NCBI GenBank assembly: GCA_965198225.1
Contig: CBDAOY010000003.1
Coordinates: 64,001 to 128,000, forward strand
DNA length: 64,000 bases
From: Terriglobia bacterium
Lineage (GTDB): Bacteria; Acidobacteriota; Terriglobia; 20CM-2-55-15
Direction of reading: 5' to 3'
The stretch's first letter is position 1, and each line of letters starts with the position of its first letter. A program made the translations under genes and the position numbers. Positions 7,697-16,648 of this stretch are shown piece by piece. The notes beneath the pieces are model-generated. The model did not search any database. It saw nothing but the letters and a program-made list of their open reading frames with translations, and was not told where the DNA came from.

Positions 7697-9599
7697 AACG
7701 AGTTCCTCCGTGTTTTCGGACGAAAGTTCCGAATCCGCCCCAGAAGTACGGATGCGGAAACGTGGCGCGGATCGTCGCCGCGGCGCCATGAGTGGCCGCA
7801 GGCGCGTTCGTGCCGTCGTAAAGTTGATAGAACTGTCTGGAAAAAGATTGCGCCGCCTCATCCCGAATTGCCCAGAACGCCGAGACGATCGTGTGCGCAC
7901 CGGACAGGTAGAAAGCTCTCATCAGCCCCTGCCACTCGTCGCCGGCCGAGATCACCCGGCGTGCGGTATGACAGCCGGTGACGACCAGGGTGCCCGCCCG
8001 GAACTGCATGTCCATCAGTTCCCGGCTCGTCAGGCGACCCTCACTGGTTTCCAGCCAGGAAAGCGCCCCCTGGACCGTGTCGATGCCCGCATGTCCTGCG
8101 ACGTGGACCAACTCCCGATATTGCTTCAAGTGGTGGCCGAGCTCATCAGGAGACGGATTGATGAGCACGACCGCGTCATCGAAGTGTGCCGCGGACTGTT
8201 CCACTTCCGTGACGATGTCTTCCTTTTTGTCCGTGGAAAAAGCGACGAACAGCGGCGGTTCCGCTGGTTCCTCCTCCCGGACCGGGGATGCATACAGCGT
8301 CGCGCTCGGACTGTAGCCGATGGAATGATCCTCGCATAAGAACGATGCGCCATCGTGGAGGGCGTGGAATGGAACGCCGTGCAGGAATCCATGAGGCACG
8401 ACGGTGACGTGCTTGCCCACTTTGTCACGAACGGGCTCGACCAGAGCCTGGTAGAGCTGCTGCAGATGTTCCCTCGCCGTCCGCTCCAGGTGATGAATGA
8501 CCTTACCCAGCCGCTCGAACTTGACACTGCAGCTTGCGATGTGCCGCTCGAGATGGCTCGATTCGGACCGGATCGAGGGGCCCACGCCGGGTCGATGGAC
8601 GCACTCGGTGGTTCCTCGATTGACGATGAAGATGTACAGATCCTTTCCGGAGATGAAGTACTCGAGGATGGTTTCGTCGAGGTCCAGACGTTGGGCCAAC
8701 CCCTCGGATAAGACGCCCTCATCGGCGGGAGCCAGCCGCTCCACCAGGACCCGGGAGCGAGCCCGCTCCGAAAGCCGGAATGCATCCGGAACCGAAGTGG
8801 ACGCGGCGGTCGGCATCATTTGCGTGTAAACGTTCTCTCGATCGGTCATGAAGGCCATCTTGAGGTCGTCCGAGCCGATCCGATGCCAGAGGGAATCCAG
8901 CATGGATTCGGCTTTCCCCAGGAATGGAACACTCCGCGTCTCATCGATCTCGGCAAGCGACGCCCCTAATTCGTAGTAGGCGTGGAATTGCATCCATTCC
9001 GATCGACTCTCCTCTGCAAGCTTCGCGGCGGATTCGAAAGAGTCGATGGCGCACGCTCGATCCCCGGTTTTTCGTTGGATTCGCCCGATGACGATGTCGG
9101 CCATAGCTAACCGGTCGGGCAGGGAACGCTCTTCCAGCAGCGCCCGGGCCGCCGTCGCCTCTCGCAACGCCTGAGCCTCCCCCCGCTCGCCCCTGAACAG
9201 GGCCGCTTGCACCTTTGAAACGGCCGTCCAGACGCTGTTGCCTTCAGACTCGAAGCGTTTGACGGCTTCTCCCAGCAGCCGATCGACTTCTTCGTTCTGG
9301 CCCATCCGAAGCGATGCGACCGCTTCGAAGAGCAACGTCTTGCCGACTTCGTAGTTCAGCCCGATCTTCATACCCAGGGCTCGGGCTCGGCGTGCCGATC
9401 GGATCGCTTCCGAAAGATCGCCGATCTCGAGCAGCATCTCGGCCTCATCGAGCCAGCACAGGCTAACGTGACGGTCGTCGGCCTCGCGCTCGAACTCCTG
9501 CTTCAAGTCTGACATGCCGCGCAGAGCTTGACCGCTGTCTCCTCTCAGGTAATCCAGGTAGGTGCGGTTGTACCGGCTCTGCAGCTCGATCGCGTGCAT
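7686..9599 (-). CDS. TPR-CHAT domain protease (caspase/HetF-like), probably 5'-truncated
   Basis: Motifs VPHGFLHGVPFHAL, His VHVAGHA, Cys VTGCHT, IVSAFWAIRD, HPYFWGGF; helical TPR-like N-terminal half; TPR-like coding continues in frame upstream of the ATG to about 9708. Confidence 0.9.
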   Translation of the reverse strand: MHAIELQSRYNRTYLDYLRGDSGQALRGMSDLKQEFEREADDRHVSLCWLDEAEMLLEIGDLSEAIRSARRARALGMKIGLNYEVGKTLLFEAVASLRMGQNEEVDRLLGEAVKRFESEGNSVWTAVSKVQAALFRGERGEAQALREATAARALLEERSLPDRLAMADIVIGRIQRKTGDRACAIDSFESAAKLAEESRSEWMQFHAYYELGASLAEIDETRSVPFLGKAESMLDSLWHRIGSDDLKMAFMTDRENVYTQMMPTAASTSVPDAFRLSERARSRVLVERLAPADEGVLSEGLAQRLDLDETILEYFISGKDLYIFIVNRGTTECVHRPGVGPSIRSESSHLERHIASCSVKFERLGKVIHHLERTAREHLQQLYQALVEPVRDKVGKHVTVVPHGFLHGVPFHALHDGASFLCEDHSIGYSPSATLYASPVREEEPAEPPLFVAFSTDKKEDIVTEVEQSAAHFDDAVVLINPSPDELGHHLKQYRELVHVAGHAGIDTVQGALSWLETSEGRLTSRELMDMQFRAGTLVVTGCHTARRVISAGDEWQGLMRAFYLSGAHTIVSAFWAIRDEAAQSFSRQFYQLYDGTNAPAATHGAAATIRATFPHPYFWGGFGTFVRKHGGTRYAT

Positions 9600-9708
9600 G
9601 CCGAGTTCGGCAGCGAGCTCGAGGGCCCTTTCATAGCGCCCGTCGGCCTGATCGAATCGATGCAGAGCGGTGAGGACGACTCCTGAGTTCAGGGAGGACG
9701 CGAGGAGG

Positions 9709-9765
9709 CCCGGCCGCCACCCACAGGACGCCAGAACCAGAAGAGGGTTGTTCCGTACGACTCAT
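9709..9765 (-). pseudogene. Displaced (inverted) 5' end of the EamA gene
   Basis: ATG 9765 gives MSRTEQPSSGSGVLWVAAG, preceded by a CATAAT -10-like box; joins naturally to ATLWGTD at 9912 on the plus strand. Confidence 0.7.
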
Positions 9766-9844
9766 TGGTAGGGATTATGGCGCATTGGAACTGGGAGGGC
9801 GGGAAAGAAGTAGGCAATGGGCCGTGGTCGGAAGGCAGGCGCGT

Positions 9845-9910
9845 GTAGGTGCGGTCTATGACCGCACATTGTTCGAACCGAAACAACGTGCGCTCACAGA
9901 GCGCATCTAC
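9845..9910. repeat. GTAG-type REP doublet (REPIN-like)
   Basis: GTAGGTGCGGTCTATGACCGCAC ... GTGCGCTCACAGAGCGCATCTAC. Confidence 0.85.
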
Positions 9911-9911
9911 A

Positions 9912-10784
9912 GCTACTCTCTGGGGGACCGACACCGTGTTCCGCGCCCCGCTGACCGAGGTCATCGGACCCACCCACATCGTTCTCTATGAGCACCTGAT
10001 CCTGTCGCTCGTCGTCCTGCCGATCGTGATTCGGCATCGAGGCGTGTTGCGACACCTCGGCAGATCCGAATGGCTGGCGGTGCTCGGTATTTCCTGGATC
10101 GGGTCGGCGGCGGCAACCGTTCTGTTCACCTACGCGATCCAGGCGGGCAACCCGACGACCGCGGTGCTGCTCCAGAAGCTGCAGCCTTTGTTCGCGATGA
10201 CGCTGGCATGGAGTTTTCTCGGCGAGCGCTGGTCTCGAAAGTTTCCATACGTTGCGCTCGGAGCCCTGCTTGGCGGCTACTTGATCTCTTTCGGGGGAGC
10301 GAACCTTCTGGATCCGCTTTCCGCGGTCGAGCTTCGGCCGGCGCTCCTGGCGACGACTGCGGCGATGGGTTGGGGCAGCGCGACCGTTCTGGGTCGCTGG
10401 ATGGTGCCCAAGGTTCCGTTCACCTTACTCACAGGACTGCGGGTTGTCTGTGCCGTGCCGCTTCTCACGCTGTTCTCGCTGATGGAGACTCCGGTCGTGC
10501 CGCGGGGCGAACACGTCCTGCCACTCCTTTTCATGGCGCTCGTACCCGGATTCGCCGGTCTGATGCTGTACTATCGGGGCCTCCGTAGGACGCCGGCGTT
10601 CCGGGCGACGTTGGCCGAGCTGGCCTTTCCCGCGACCGCCGCGCTTCTGAACTGGACGTTTCTCGGTGCGGAGACGAACGCCGTTCAGCTCTTTGGATTC
10701 ATGCTGGTGTGGTTGTCGATCGTTCTGCTGCGAACCGGAGCACGGATTGCACGGACAAATCCAGCCACGGATTACACGGATTAA
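9912..10784 (+). CDS. EamA/DMT-family transporter lacking its native start
   Basis: Multiple hydrophobic helices; LWGTD, LQKLQPLFA...LGER, LYYRGL motifs; the ORF-track start at 9849 lies inside a REP. Confidence 0.85.
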   Translation, partial: ATLWGTDTVFRAPLTEVIGPTHIVLYEHLILSLVVLPIVIRHRGVLRHLGRSEWLAVLGISWIGSAAATVLFTYAIQAGNPTTAVLLQKLQPLFAMTLAWSFLGERWSRKFPYVALGALLGGYLISFGGANLLDPLSAVELRPALLATTAAMGWGSATVLGRWMVPKVPFTLLTGLRVVCAVPLLTLFSLMETPVVPRGEHVLPLLFMALVPGFAGLMLYYRGLRRTPAFRATLAELAFPATAALLNWTFLGAETNAVQLFGFMLVWLSIVLLRTGARIARTNPATDYTD

Positions 10785-10930
10785 GCGGATTGGTTGAGGT
10801 CTTTCGGATAGCAGAGCCCAGGTTTTTGCCATCCGTGTAATCTGTGCAATCCGTGGCCTTCCGATGCTGGACTCGACACCTCAGTTCGCGCTTGCGAAAT
10901 CTGCGAGAATCCGTGCAATCCGTGTAACAT
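10741..10930. repeat. CACGGATTACACGGA-type direct/inverted repeat cluster
   Basis: CACGGATTGCACGGA and CCACGGATTACACGGAT oppose ATCCGTGTAATCTGTGCAATCCGTGG; same family recurs at 60973-61131. Confidence 0.8.
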
Positions 10931-10937
10931 CCGCGTA

Positions 10938-12683
10938 ATGGCTTTCAAGAACCTGCAGGACTTCACCACGCACCTCGAAAAGAACGGTCAACTCCGGAGG
11001 ATTCGCGCCGAGGTCGATCCCGTGCTCGAAGCGCCGGAGATCGCCCAACGGGTCCTCCGAGAAGGCGGCCCGGCGTTGTTGTTCGAAAACCCAAAGAGTG
11101 CCTCCTTTCCGCTCCTGATGAACCTCTTCGGCACCATGGATCGCGTCGTGAGGGCCATCGGGCGGGACCCGGCGGAAATCGGAAAGGAACTTCTCGGCAC
11201 GATCCAGCGCGTCAACCCGCCGTCGCTCAAGGGTTTCTGGGAGTCCCGGAACACGCTCAAGAAGGCCGCGCTGATGCAGCCGCGTCGGACCTCGTCCGCC
11301 GCCTGCCAGCAAGTCGTCGAAAACCCGGATCTCGAGCGGCTGCCCATTGTCCAATGCTGGCCCGAAGACGCCGGCCGTTTCATAACCTACGGTATGGTCA
11401 TCACCCGTCACCCCGAAACAAAGCGCCGGAACTTTGCCCTGTATCGCCTGCAGGTCTACGACGACGACAAGACAGGCATGCACTGGCAGAGCATGAAGGG
11501 CGGGCGCGGGCACTACTGGGCCGCCGAGCAGCGGGGGGAGAGCCTGGAGGTTGCAGTCGTAATCGGTTGCAGCCCGATCCTGATGCTTGCATCGATCCTG
11601 CCGCTGCCCGAAGACATGGACGAGATCGCCTTTGCGGGATTCCTCGAGGGCCGGGGCATCAGGATGGCGCAAGCGGCCTCCATCGACATGCGGGTTCCCG
11701 CAGAAGCGGAGTTTGTCCTGGAAGGGGTTGTGCCGCCGAAGGAGCGTCGACTGGAAGGCCCGTTTGGAGATCATTTCGGCCACTACTCCGACGCGGCCGA
11801 TTTCCCCGTGTTCCACATCCGGAAGGTGACGCGCAGACGCAACCCCATTTATGTGGCTACCGTCGTGGGAAAGCCTCCACAGGAGGACAAGTTCATCGGT
11901 ATTGCGGCGGGCCAGATGGTCGGGCCGCTGATCCGTGTGATCAACCCGAACGTGGTCGACATGTGCGCTTACGTCGGTGCGGGATTCCACAACCTCCTCG
12001 TGGTGGCCGTCCAGGAACGCCACCCGAAGGAGGTGCTCAAGACGGCGATGTCGCTGCTCGGAACCGGGCAACTCTCGTTGACGAAGGTCATGGTCCTCGT
12101 CCGGGCCGATCAAGACCCCTCCGTGTTCTCCCGGGTCCTGGCCGAGATCGGTCGTCGCTGCGGGATCCAGGACAACCTTCTCCTGCTGCCGGTGGCGCCG
12201 CTCGACACGCTCGACTTCACGTCGTTCACGATGCACGTCGGAAGCAAGCTGATCATCGATGCGGCCGGCGAGGTCGTCAACGCCGAGGAACCCCGGTTGC
12301 GCGATACCCCTGAGCGCTTTGATCCGCTGGTGCGTCGGTGGAAACTGCTGGACGGGGGGTTCCTCGTCGTCGTCGTTGAGGGGAACGCTCGCGCGGTGCT
12401 GGAGCGGCTGATCGAGGCCGCGATCGGTGCGCGCTTCATCGTCGCAGTCAGCTCCGACGTCGACCTCGACGACGAGGAGAACCTGCAGTGGGGAATCTTT
12501 ACGCGTTTCGATCCGGCGCGCGATATGCTTTTTGAAAGCCAGAAATTCGTCGGTGCGCGCCCCGTATACGGCGGCACCGTCGGAATCGATGCCACCTGGA
12601 AGGAGGGCTATCCGAAGCCGCTCGAACCGGAGCCCTCGACTACCCGCCTGGTCGACCGACGTTGGGACGAGTACTGGAAATAG
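10938..12683 (+). CDS. UbiD-family decarboxylase (menaquinone futalosine-pathway type, long form)
   Basis: GPALLFENP, LEGPFGDHFGHY, VVGKPPQED, LDTLDF and GIDATWK motifs. Confidence 0.92.
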   Translation: MAFKNLQDFTTHLEKNGQLRRIRAEVDPVLEAPEIAQRVLREGGPALLFENPKSASFPLLMNLFGTMDRVVRAIGRDPAEIGKELLGTIQRVNPPSLKGFWESRNTLKKAALMQPRRTSSAACQQVVENPDLERLPIVQCWPEDAGRFITYGMVITRHPETKRRNFALYRLQVYDDDKTGMHWQSMKGGRGHYWAAEQRGESLEVAVVIGCSPILMLASILPLPEDMDEIAFAGFLEGRGIRMAQAASIDMRVPAEAEFVLEGVVPPKERRLEGPFGDHFGHYSDAADFPVFHIRKVTRRRNPIYVATVVGKPPQEDKFIGIAAGQMVGPLIRVINPNVVDMCAYVGAGFHNLLVVAVQERHPKEVLKTAMSLLGTGQLSLTKVMVLVRADQDPSVFSRVLAEIGRRCGIQDNLLLLPVAPLDTLDFTSFTMHVGSKLIIDAAGEVVNAEEPRLRDTPERFDPLVRRWKLLDGGFLVVVVEGNARAVLERLIEAAIGARFIVAVSSDVDLDDEENLQWGIFTRFDPARDMLFESQKFVGARPVYGGTVGIDATWKEGYPKPLEPEPSTTRLVDRRWDEYWK

Positions 12684-12836
12684 ATCGGGGACGGAGACCG
12701 AATTCGCGTGAGGATCGAGATCAGGGACGGAGACTGAATTACCCGGACTGCTAAACCGTTGGTTTTCGGTTCCCAAGAATTCGGTCTCCGTCCCCGATCT
12801 CCTCGATTTTGCGAATTCGGTCTCCGTCCCCGATCT
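12682..12836. repeat. Four-copy palindromic repeat AGATCGGGGACGGAGACCGAATTC (two forward, two reverse)
   Basis: Read directly; a related single hairpin GGACGGAGACCGAATTCGTCC lies at 55175-55197. Confidence 0.88.
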
Positions 12837-12904
12837 ATTTTCTGATCTATTTTTTGCCAACCGCATCGGGGCAGGGGTGTCTATGACACCGACAAGGACA
12901 GTGA

Positions 12905-13495
12905 ATGGCGCCGGCTGACGAGACGCAACTTATTCAAAAAGCTCAAGATGGGGATGTCGACGCGTTCTGCGCCCTGGTGGCACAGCACCAGCGCTCCATG
13001 TATCTGCTGGCCTACCGGTACGACGCCGAGGACCTGGCCCAGGAGGTTTTCCTGAACGCTCATCGGGCAATCGACCGGTTTCAGGGGAGGAGTTCTTTTC
13101 GCACCTGGCTGTCGCGGATTCTGGTGAATGCATTCCTGAATCACCGGAGGAAGAATGATCCGCTCTCGGAGAAACGACGGTCCGACAGCGATCCGGAAGC
13201 CAGTCCCCCGGCTCCGGGGTTCCAGACCGCGAACGCGTCGGCCCGCACGACCGAGAACCGGCTACTCGTCCAGGAAGTGTTGCGTTTTCTGGACACCGTT
13301 CCGGAAAGGCAGCGACTGATGTTCCTGCTCAAGCACCAGGAGGGTCAGACCTGCGAGGAGATCGCCAAGCTGATGGGCACCTCTGTCGGCACCGTGAAGA
13401 AGACGCTGTTCCGTGTCGTGGGGAAGCTCAGATCCGAGTTCGCTCGGAAGGAAGAACAACCATGCATCGCTGCGAAAGTTTCAGAACAAGCGTAA
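12905..13495 (+). CDS. ECF sigma-70 factor
   Basis: DAEDLAQEVF, FQGRSSFRTWLSRI and EEIAKLMGTSVGTVKKTLFR motifs. Confidence 0.93.
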   Translation: MAPADETQLIQKAQDGDVDAFCALVAQHQRSMYLLAYRYDAEDLAQEVFLNAHRAIDRFQGRSSFRTWLSRILVNAFLNHRRKNDPLSEKRRSDSDPEASPPAPGFQTANASARTTENRLLVQEVLRFLDTVPERQRLMFLLKHQEGQTCEEIAKLMGTSVGTVKKTLFRVVGKLRSEFARKEEQPCIAAKVSEQA

Positions 13496-14202
13496 TCGAG
13501 CCGATCCTGGACGGGCGAGAGCTCAGCGCGGAGGAACGCCTCGAGTTGTCGTCCTGCCAAGACTGCATGGACTTCTACAGAGAGTCGGTCCAAGCCCTGG
13601 AGATTCTGGCACTTGCATCTGAGGAGCCGGATGAGGAGTTCTTTGCCGGGTTCAACGACCGCCTCCGGCGCCGGATTATCAACGATCGCGTCGCGGAAGA
13701 ACGGGGCGTGGGCGGGCGACCCTCCTGGCTCGCACTTTTGAAGCCGCTGGTTCCCGCAGCAAGCCTCCTCGCTGTGATGGTCGCCGTTTACAGTAGCATC
13801 GGGCCGGCAGACGTTCCCTCGCCCGCCGGGAATCTGATTGTCTGGGAGCCTGTTCTGGAGATTGACCCCGGCACAGTGGACTTCCTCGAACGGTCGGAGT
13901 TGTTCCTCCGAACGTTCACGAAACTGAGGGTCACCGACGTGGAAGACCTGGCAGAGGCCCAGGCGATCTCCCACGCCCAGATCCTGGCGATCGAGCCACG
14001 GAAGGAAGCCGTAGTCGATTTCCCGCCCGTGTTGATGGTCTTCGAAGAATACGAGAACGTCTTGCGAGACATCCGTAACCTGCCCGAAGCGGCGGCTGAG
14101 GAAGATGTCGCCGATATCCAGGAAAGGATCGAGCGCAATGGACTCGTTGCCAGGATGAAGGGGTATCAGCCCGAGGTCACGCTGGTGGCGCTCGAACAAT
14201 GA
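13462..14202 (+). CDS. Putative membrane anti-sigma factor (degenerate zinc-finger N-terminus)
   Basis: Overlaps the sigma gene; C...LSSCQDC (ZAS-like, His absent); one transmembrane helix. Confidence 0.78.
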   Translation: MHRCESFRTSVIEPILDGRELSAEERLELSSCQDCMDFYRESVQALEILALASEEPDEEFFAGFNDRLRRRIINDRVAEERGVGGRPSWLALLKPLVPAASLLAVMVAVYSSIGPADVPSPAGNLIVWEPVLEIDPGTVDFLERSELFLRTFTKLRVTDVEDLAEAQAISHAQILAIEPRKEAVVDFPPVLMVFEEYENVLRDIRNLPEAAAEEDVADIQERIERNGLVARMKGYQPEVTLVALEQ

Positions 14203-14263
14203 AGTGAAGAAGGAAGAAAAGCTCCAAATGCCATTACCCGTTGAGTATACGAGGAAAGAATCA

Positions 14264-15616
14264 ATGCAACGTCATCCATTAACATTTCGGATAATCGGAC
14301 TGGTTGTGCTGTCCGTGGTTGCGCTGCCGCCCGCCGAGGCCCAGGTTGTGTCCCCAGCGCTCGTGTCGCAGTTCGCCGCCGAGCTGGATGAGGCGCGGGA
14401 CATCTTCAACGAAGGTCTGCGAATGTTCGAACAGGGACGCTGGGAAGGGGCCGAGCAGAATTTCCGCGAAGTGATGCGTCGTTTCCCGGACAACGCGATC
14501 GCCGACCGTTCATCCTACTATCACATCCGGACCCTGGTCCGGTTGAACCGGGCGACACAGGCGCTGGAAGAGATCGGTGCGTTCCCGACGCGGTTCCCGG
14601 ATTCCCGCTGGCTGAGCGATGTTCACGAGGAGCGGCTCCGTCTGACGAACAATCTCCCCAGGGTGATGGCATTCCAGGCACCCGCGGCTCCGCCGGCCCC
14701 ACCGGCTCCCCCCGCAGCCGAGCTACCTCCGGTTCCACCCGCTCCCCCGGCTCCGCCGCGTCCTTTTGAGTTCGCGGACCTGGAAGAGGTCATCGAACAG
14801 TCCATGGAAGGAATGGAGGAGAGGATGATGGAAGCTCGCGAGGGCTTCCGGGTGGCCGAGAGCGTCCTGCGCGGTATGCAGGGTGTGGTTGCCGGCGGCG
14901 AGGAAGTCGATCCCGAAACCAGCCTGCAGCAGGAAATCCTTCGATCCCTGTTTCGGAACGACCCGGACCGCGCGCTGGAGGTTGCGGCCGATCGCCTGGA
15001 AGCGAACCCGAGCGATCCTGTCGTGATGGCCAACTTCCACATGATTGCGCGGGAGGATTCCGACGCATCGCTCGAGATGCTTGCGAACCTGGCGAAGAAC
15101 TCGCCCGATGACCGTGTCCGCAAGGAAGCCATCTTCTGGATCAGCCGATGGGACGGAGACGAGGATCGCGTCGTCGAGGTGCTGCTCGACATCCTGCCCA
15201 CGATTGACGACGACGAGACTGCATCGTCGGTGGCCTTCTCCCTGAGCCGGGTTGACAGCGAAAGCGCGGTCCAGGCGCTGCTGACGATTGCCAACGACGC
15301 CGTTCGCAACGTCGAACTCCGTAAGAACGCGATCTTCTACATCGGGCGAACAGATGCAGGTAATCAGGTCGACGCTTTGAGACAGATCTACTCGAATGCC
15401 TCCGACAGCGAGGAGATTCGCAAACAGGTGGCTTTTGCTCTCAGCCGGCTGGATGAAGACGACGAAGGCGGAGCCGGCGCCATCGCGCTGATGGGAGAGA
15501 TCGCCAGGAACGATCCCAGCATCGAGGTCAAGAAGCAGGCCGTCTTCTGGCTCGGCCGGATGGACAGTCCCGAAGCTCTGCAGATTCTGGAAGATCTTCT
15601 GCGCGGTCCGCAGTGA
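14264..15616 (+). CDS. Exported TPR (BamD-like) plus HEAT-repeat protein with Pro-rich linker
   Basis: RBS GAGGA, signal peptide ending AEA-Q, FPDSRW TPR motif, repeated RKxA(I/V)F(W/Y). Confidence 0.82.
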   Translation: MQRHPLTFRIIGLVVLSVVALPPAEAQVVSPALVSQFAAELDEARDIFNEGLRMFEQGRWEGAEQNFREVMRRFPDNAIADRSSYYHIRTLVRLNRATQALEEIGAFPTRFPDSRWLSDVHEERLRLTNNLPRVMAFQAPAAPPAPPAPPAAELPPVPPAPPAPPRPFEFADLEEVIEQSMEGMEERMMEAREGFRVAESVLRGMQGVVAGGEEVDPETSLQQEILRSLFRNDPDRALEVAADRLEANPSDPVVMANFHMIAREDSDASLEMLANLAKNSPDDRVRKEAIFWISRWDGDEDRVVEVLLDILPTIDDDETASSVAFSLSRVDSESAVQALLTIANDAVRNVELRKNAIFYIGRTDAGNQVDALRQIYSNASDSEEIRKQVAFALSRLDEDDEGGAGAIALMGEIARNDPSIEVKKQAVFWLGRMDSPEALQILEDLLRGPQ

Positions 15617-15619
15617 GGT

Positions 15620-15676
15620 GTAGGTGCGGTCTATGACCGCACAACAAAGGGACGGGCGCTCATAGAGCGCCCCTAC
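15620..15676. repeat. GTAG-type REP doublet
   Basis: GTAGGTGCGGTCTATGACCGCAC ... GGGCGCTCATAGAGCGCCCCTAC. Confidence 0.85.
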
Positions 15677-15688
15677 AGGCATCGCATC

Positions 15689-16525
15689 ATGATCTACCTG
15701 ATTCCAGCGCTGTTCGTGCTGAACTTGCAAGTTGCGACAGGGGATTTTGTCCAGATTGCGGGTCCGAGCCTCGAGTCGCGTTTCGAGAGCGCGATCGCGC
15801 GGGGCAGGAGCGCAGCGGACGAGACGTTCTGGGTGGCATACCAGTTTCCCGTGGAAGACGGTGTCCGAGTCGGCGGACGCGGCGCGACCCTCAACACCGA
15901 TCGGGGTTCGCAGACTGTTTACCGGTCCCGGGACGGTATTGTCTTGATCCCAGAGGAAGGGGTGCCCACTCAGCGGGTAGGACTCTTCTTGATGGCCCGC
16001 AAGTCCGATGGTGCGATCCGGAGGATGCGGGTCCTGGATCTGGACGAGAATTACGAGATACGAGACCGCGAGGTCTACTGGCTGGGCGCTGCCGAAGCGG
16101 ACGAGAGCGTCGACATGGTCGCCCGAGTCGCGGCCGGCGGCCAGAACCGCAACGTCTCGAGCCTGATGATGGTGATGAGCCTCCACGAAACCGAACGCTC
16201 GACCGACCGACTGATCGAGATCGCCCGCGGCTCCGCACCACGAGATGTGCGCAAGGACGCCTTGTTCTGGCTCGGCCAGGAGGTCAGCCAGCGGGCCGGC
16301 GACGCGTTGCGGGACATGGTCATGGAAGACGGACCTGAGACAGAGATCCAAAAACAGGCGGTCTTCGCCATCAGCCGCCGCGACGATGATGAGTCAATCC
16401 CGCTGCTGATCGAAGTCGCCGCCGACCACTCCAGCCTGGCAGTCCGCAAGCAGGCCATCTTCTGGCTCGGCCGCAAACAAGACCCCCGCGTCGTCGATTT
16501 CTTCGAACGCATGTTGAGGAACTAA
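15689..16525 (+). CDS. HEAT-repeat protein, probably exported
   Basis: RKDALFWLGQ, KQAVFAIS and RKQAIFWLG repeats. Confidence 0.85.
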   Translation: MIYLIPALFVLNLQVATGDFVQIAGPSLESRFESAIARGRSAADETFWVAYQFPVEDGVRVGGRGATLNTDRGSQTVYRSRDGIVLIPEEGVPTQRVGLFLMARKSDGAIRRMRVLDLDENYEIRDREVYWLGAAEADESVDMVARVAAGGQNRNVSSLMMVMSLHETERSTDRLIEIARGSAPRDVRKDALFWLGQEVSQRAGDALRDMVMEDGPETEIQKQAVFAISRRDDDESIPLLIEVAADHSSLAVRKQAIFWLGRKQDPRVVDFFERMLRN

Positions 16526-16648
16526 TATGGGGGCAGAGCCCCCGTTCCCTCGATCCATTTTTCACTTATTACAGTCTCGCAAGCGCGAGATTGACGCTCT
16601 GCGCCCCTATTTAGGCTTTGCGGGATGTGGACCGTTTATAATGAGGTC

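Noticed and set aside
7686-9599. CHAT gene as part of a type III-E CRISPR (Craspase) or gasdermin system
   Set aside because: No Cas7-11, CRISPR array or gasdermin-like ORF is recognisable nearby.
9709-9911. Recombinase-controlled invertible promoter
   Set aside because: Only weak similarity between the two breakpoints, no proper inverted repeats, and no invertase gene in the window.
9849-9911. ORF-track N-terminus of EamA (and likewise 42244-42462 of the amidase)
   Set aside because: These extensions are translations of REP palindromes, not plausible protein starts.
10881-12866. Long antisense ORFs (also 14723..16351, 40442..41740, 5675..6895 and others)
   Set aside because: They are shadow frames of well-supported genes in high-GC DNA and contain no recognisable motifs.
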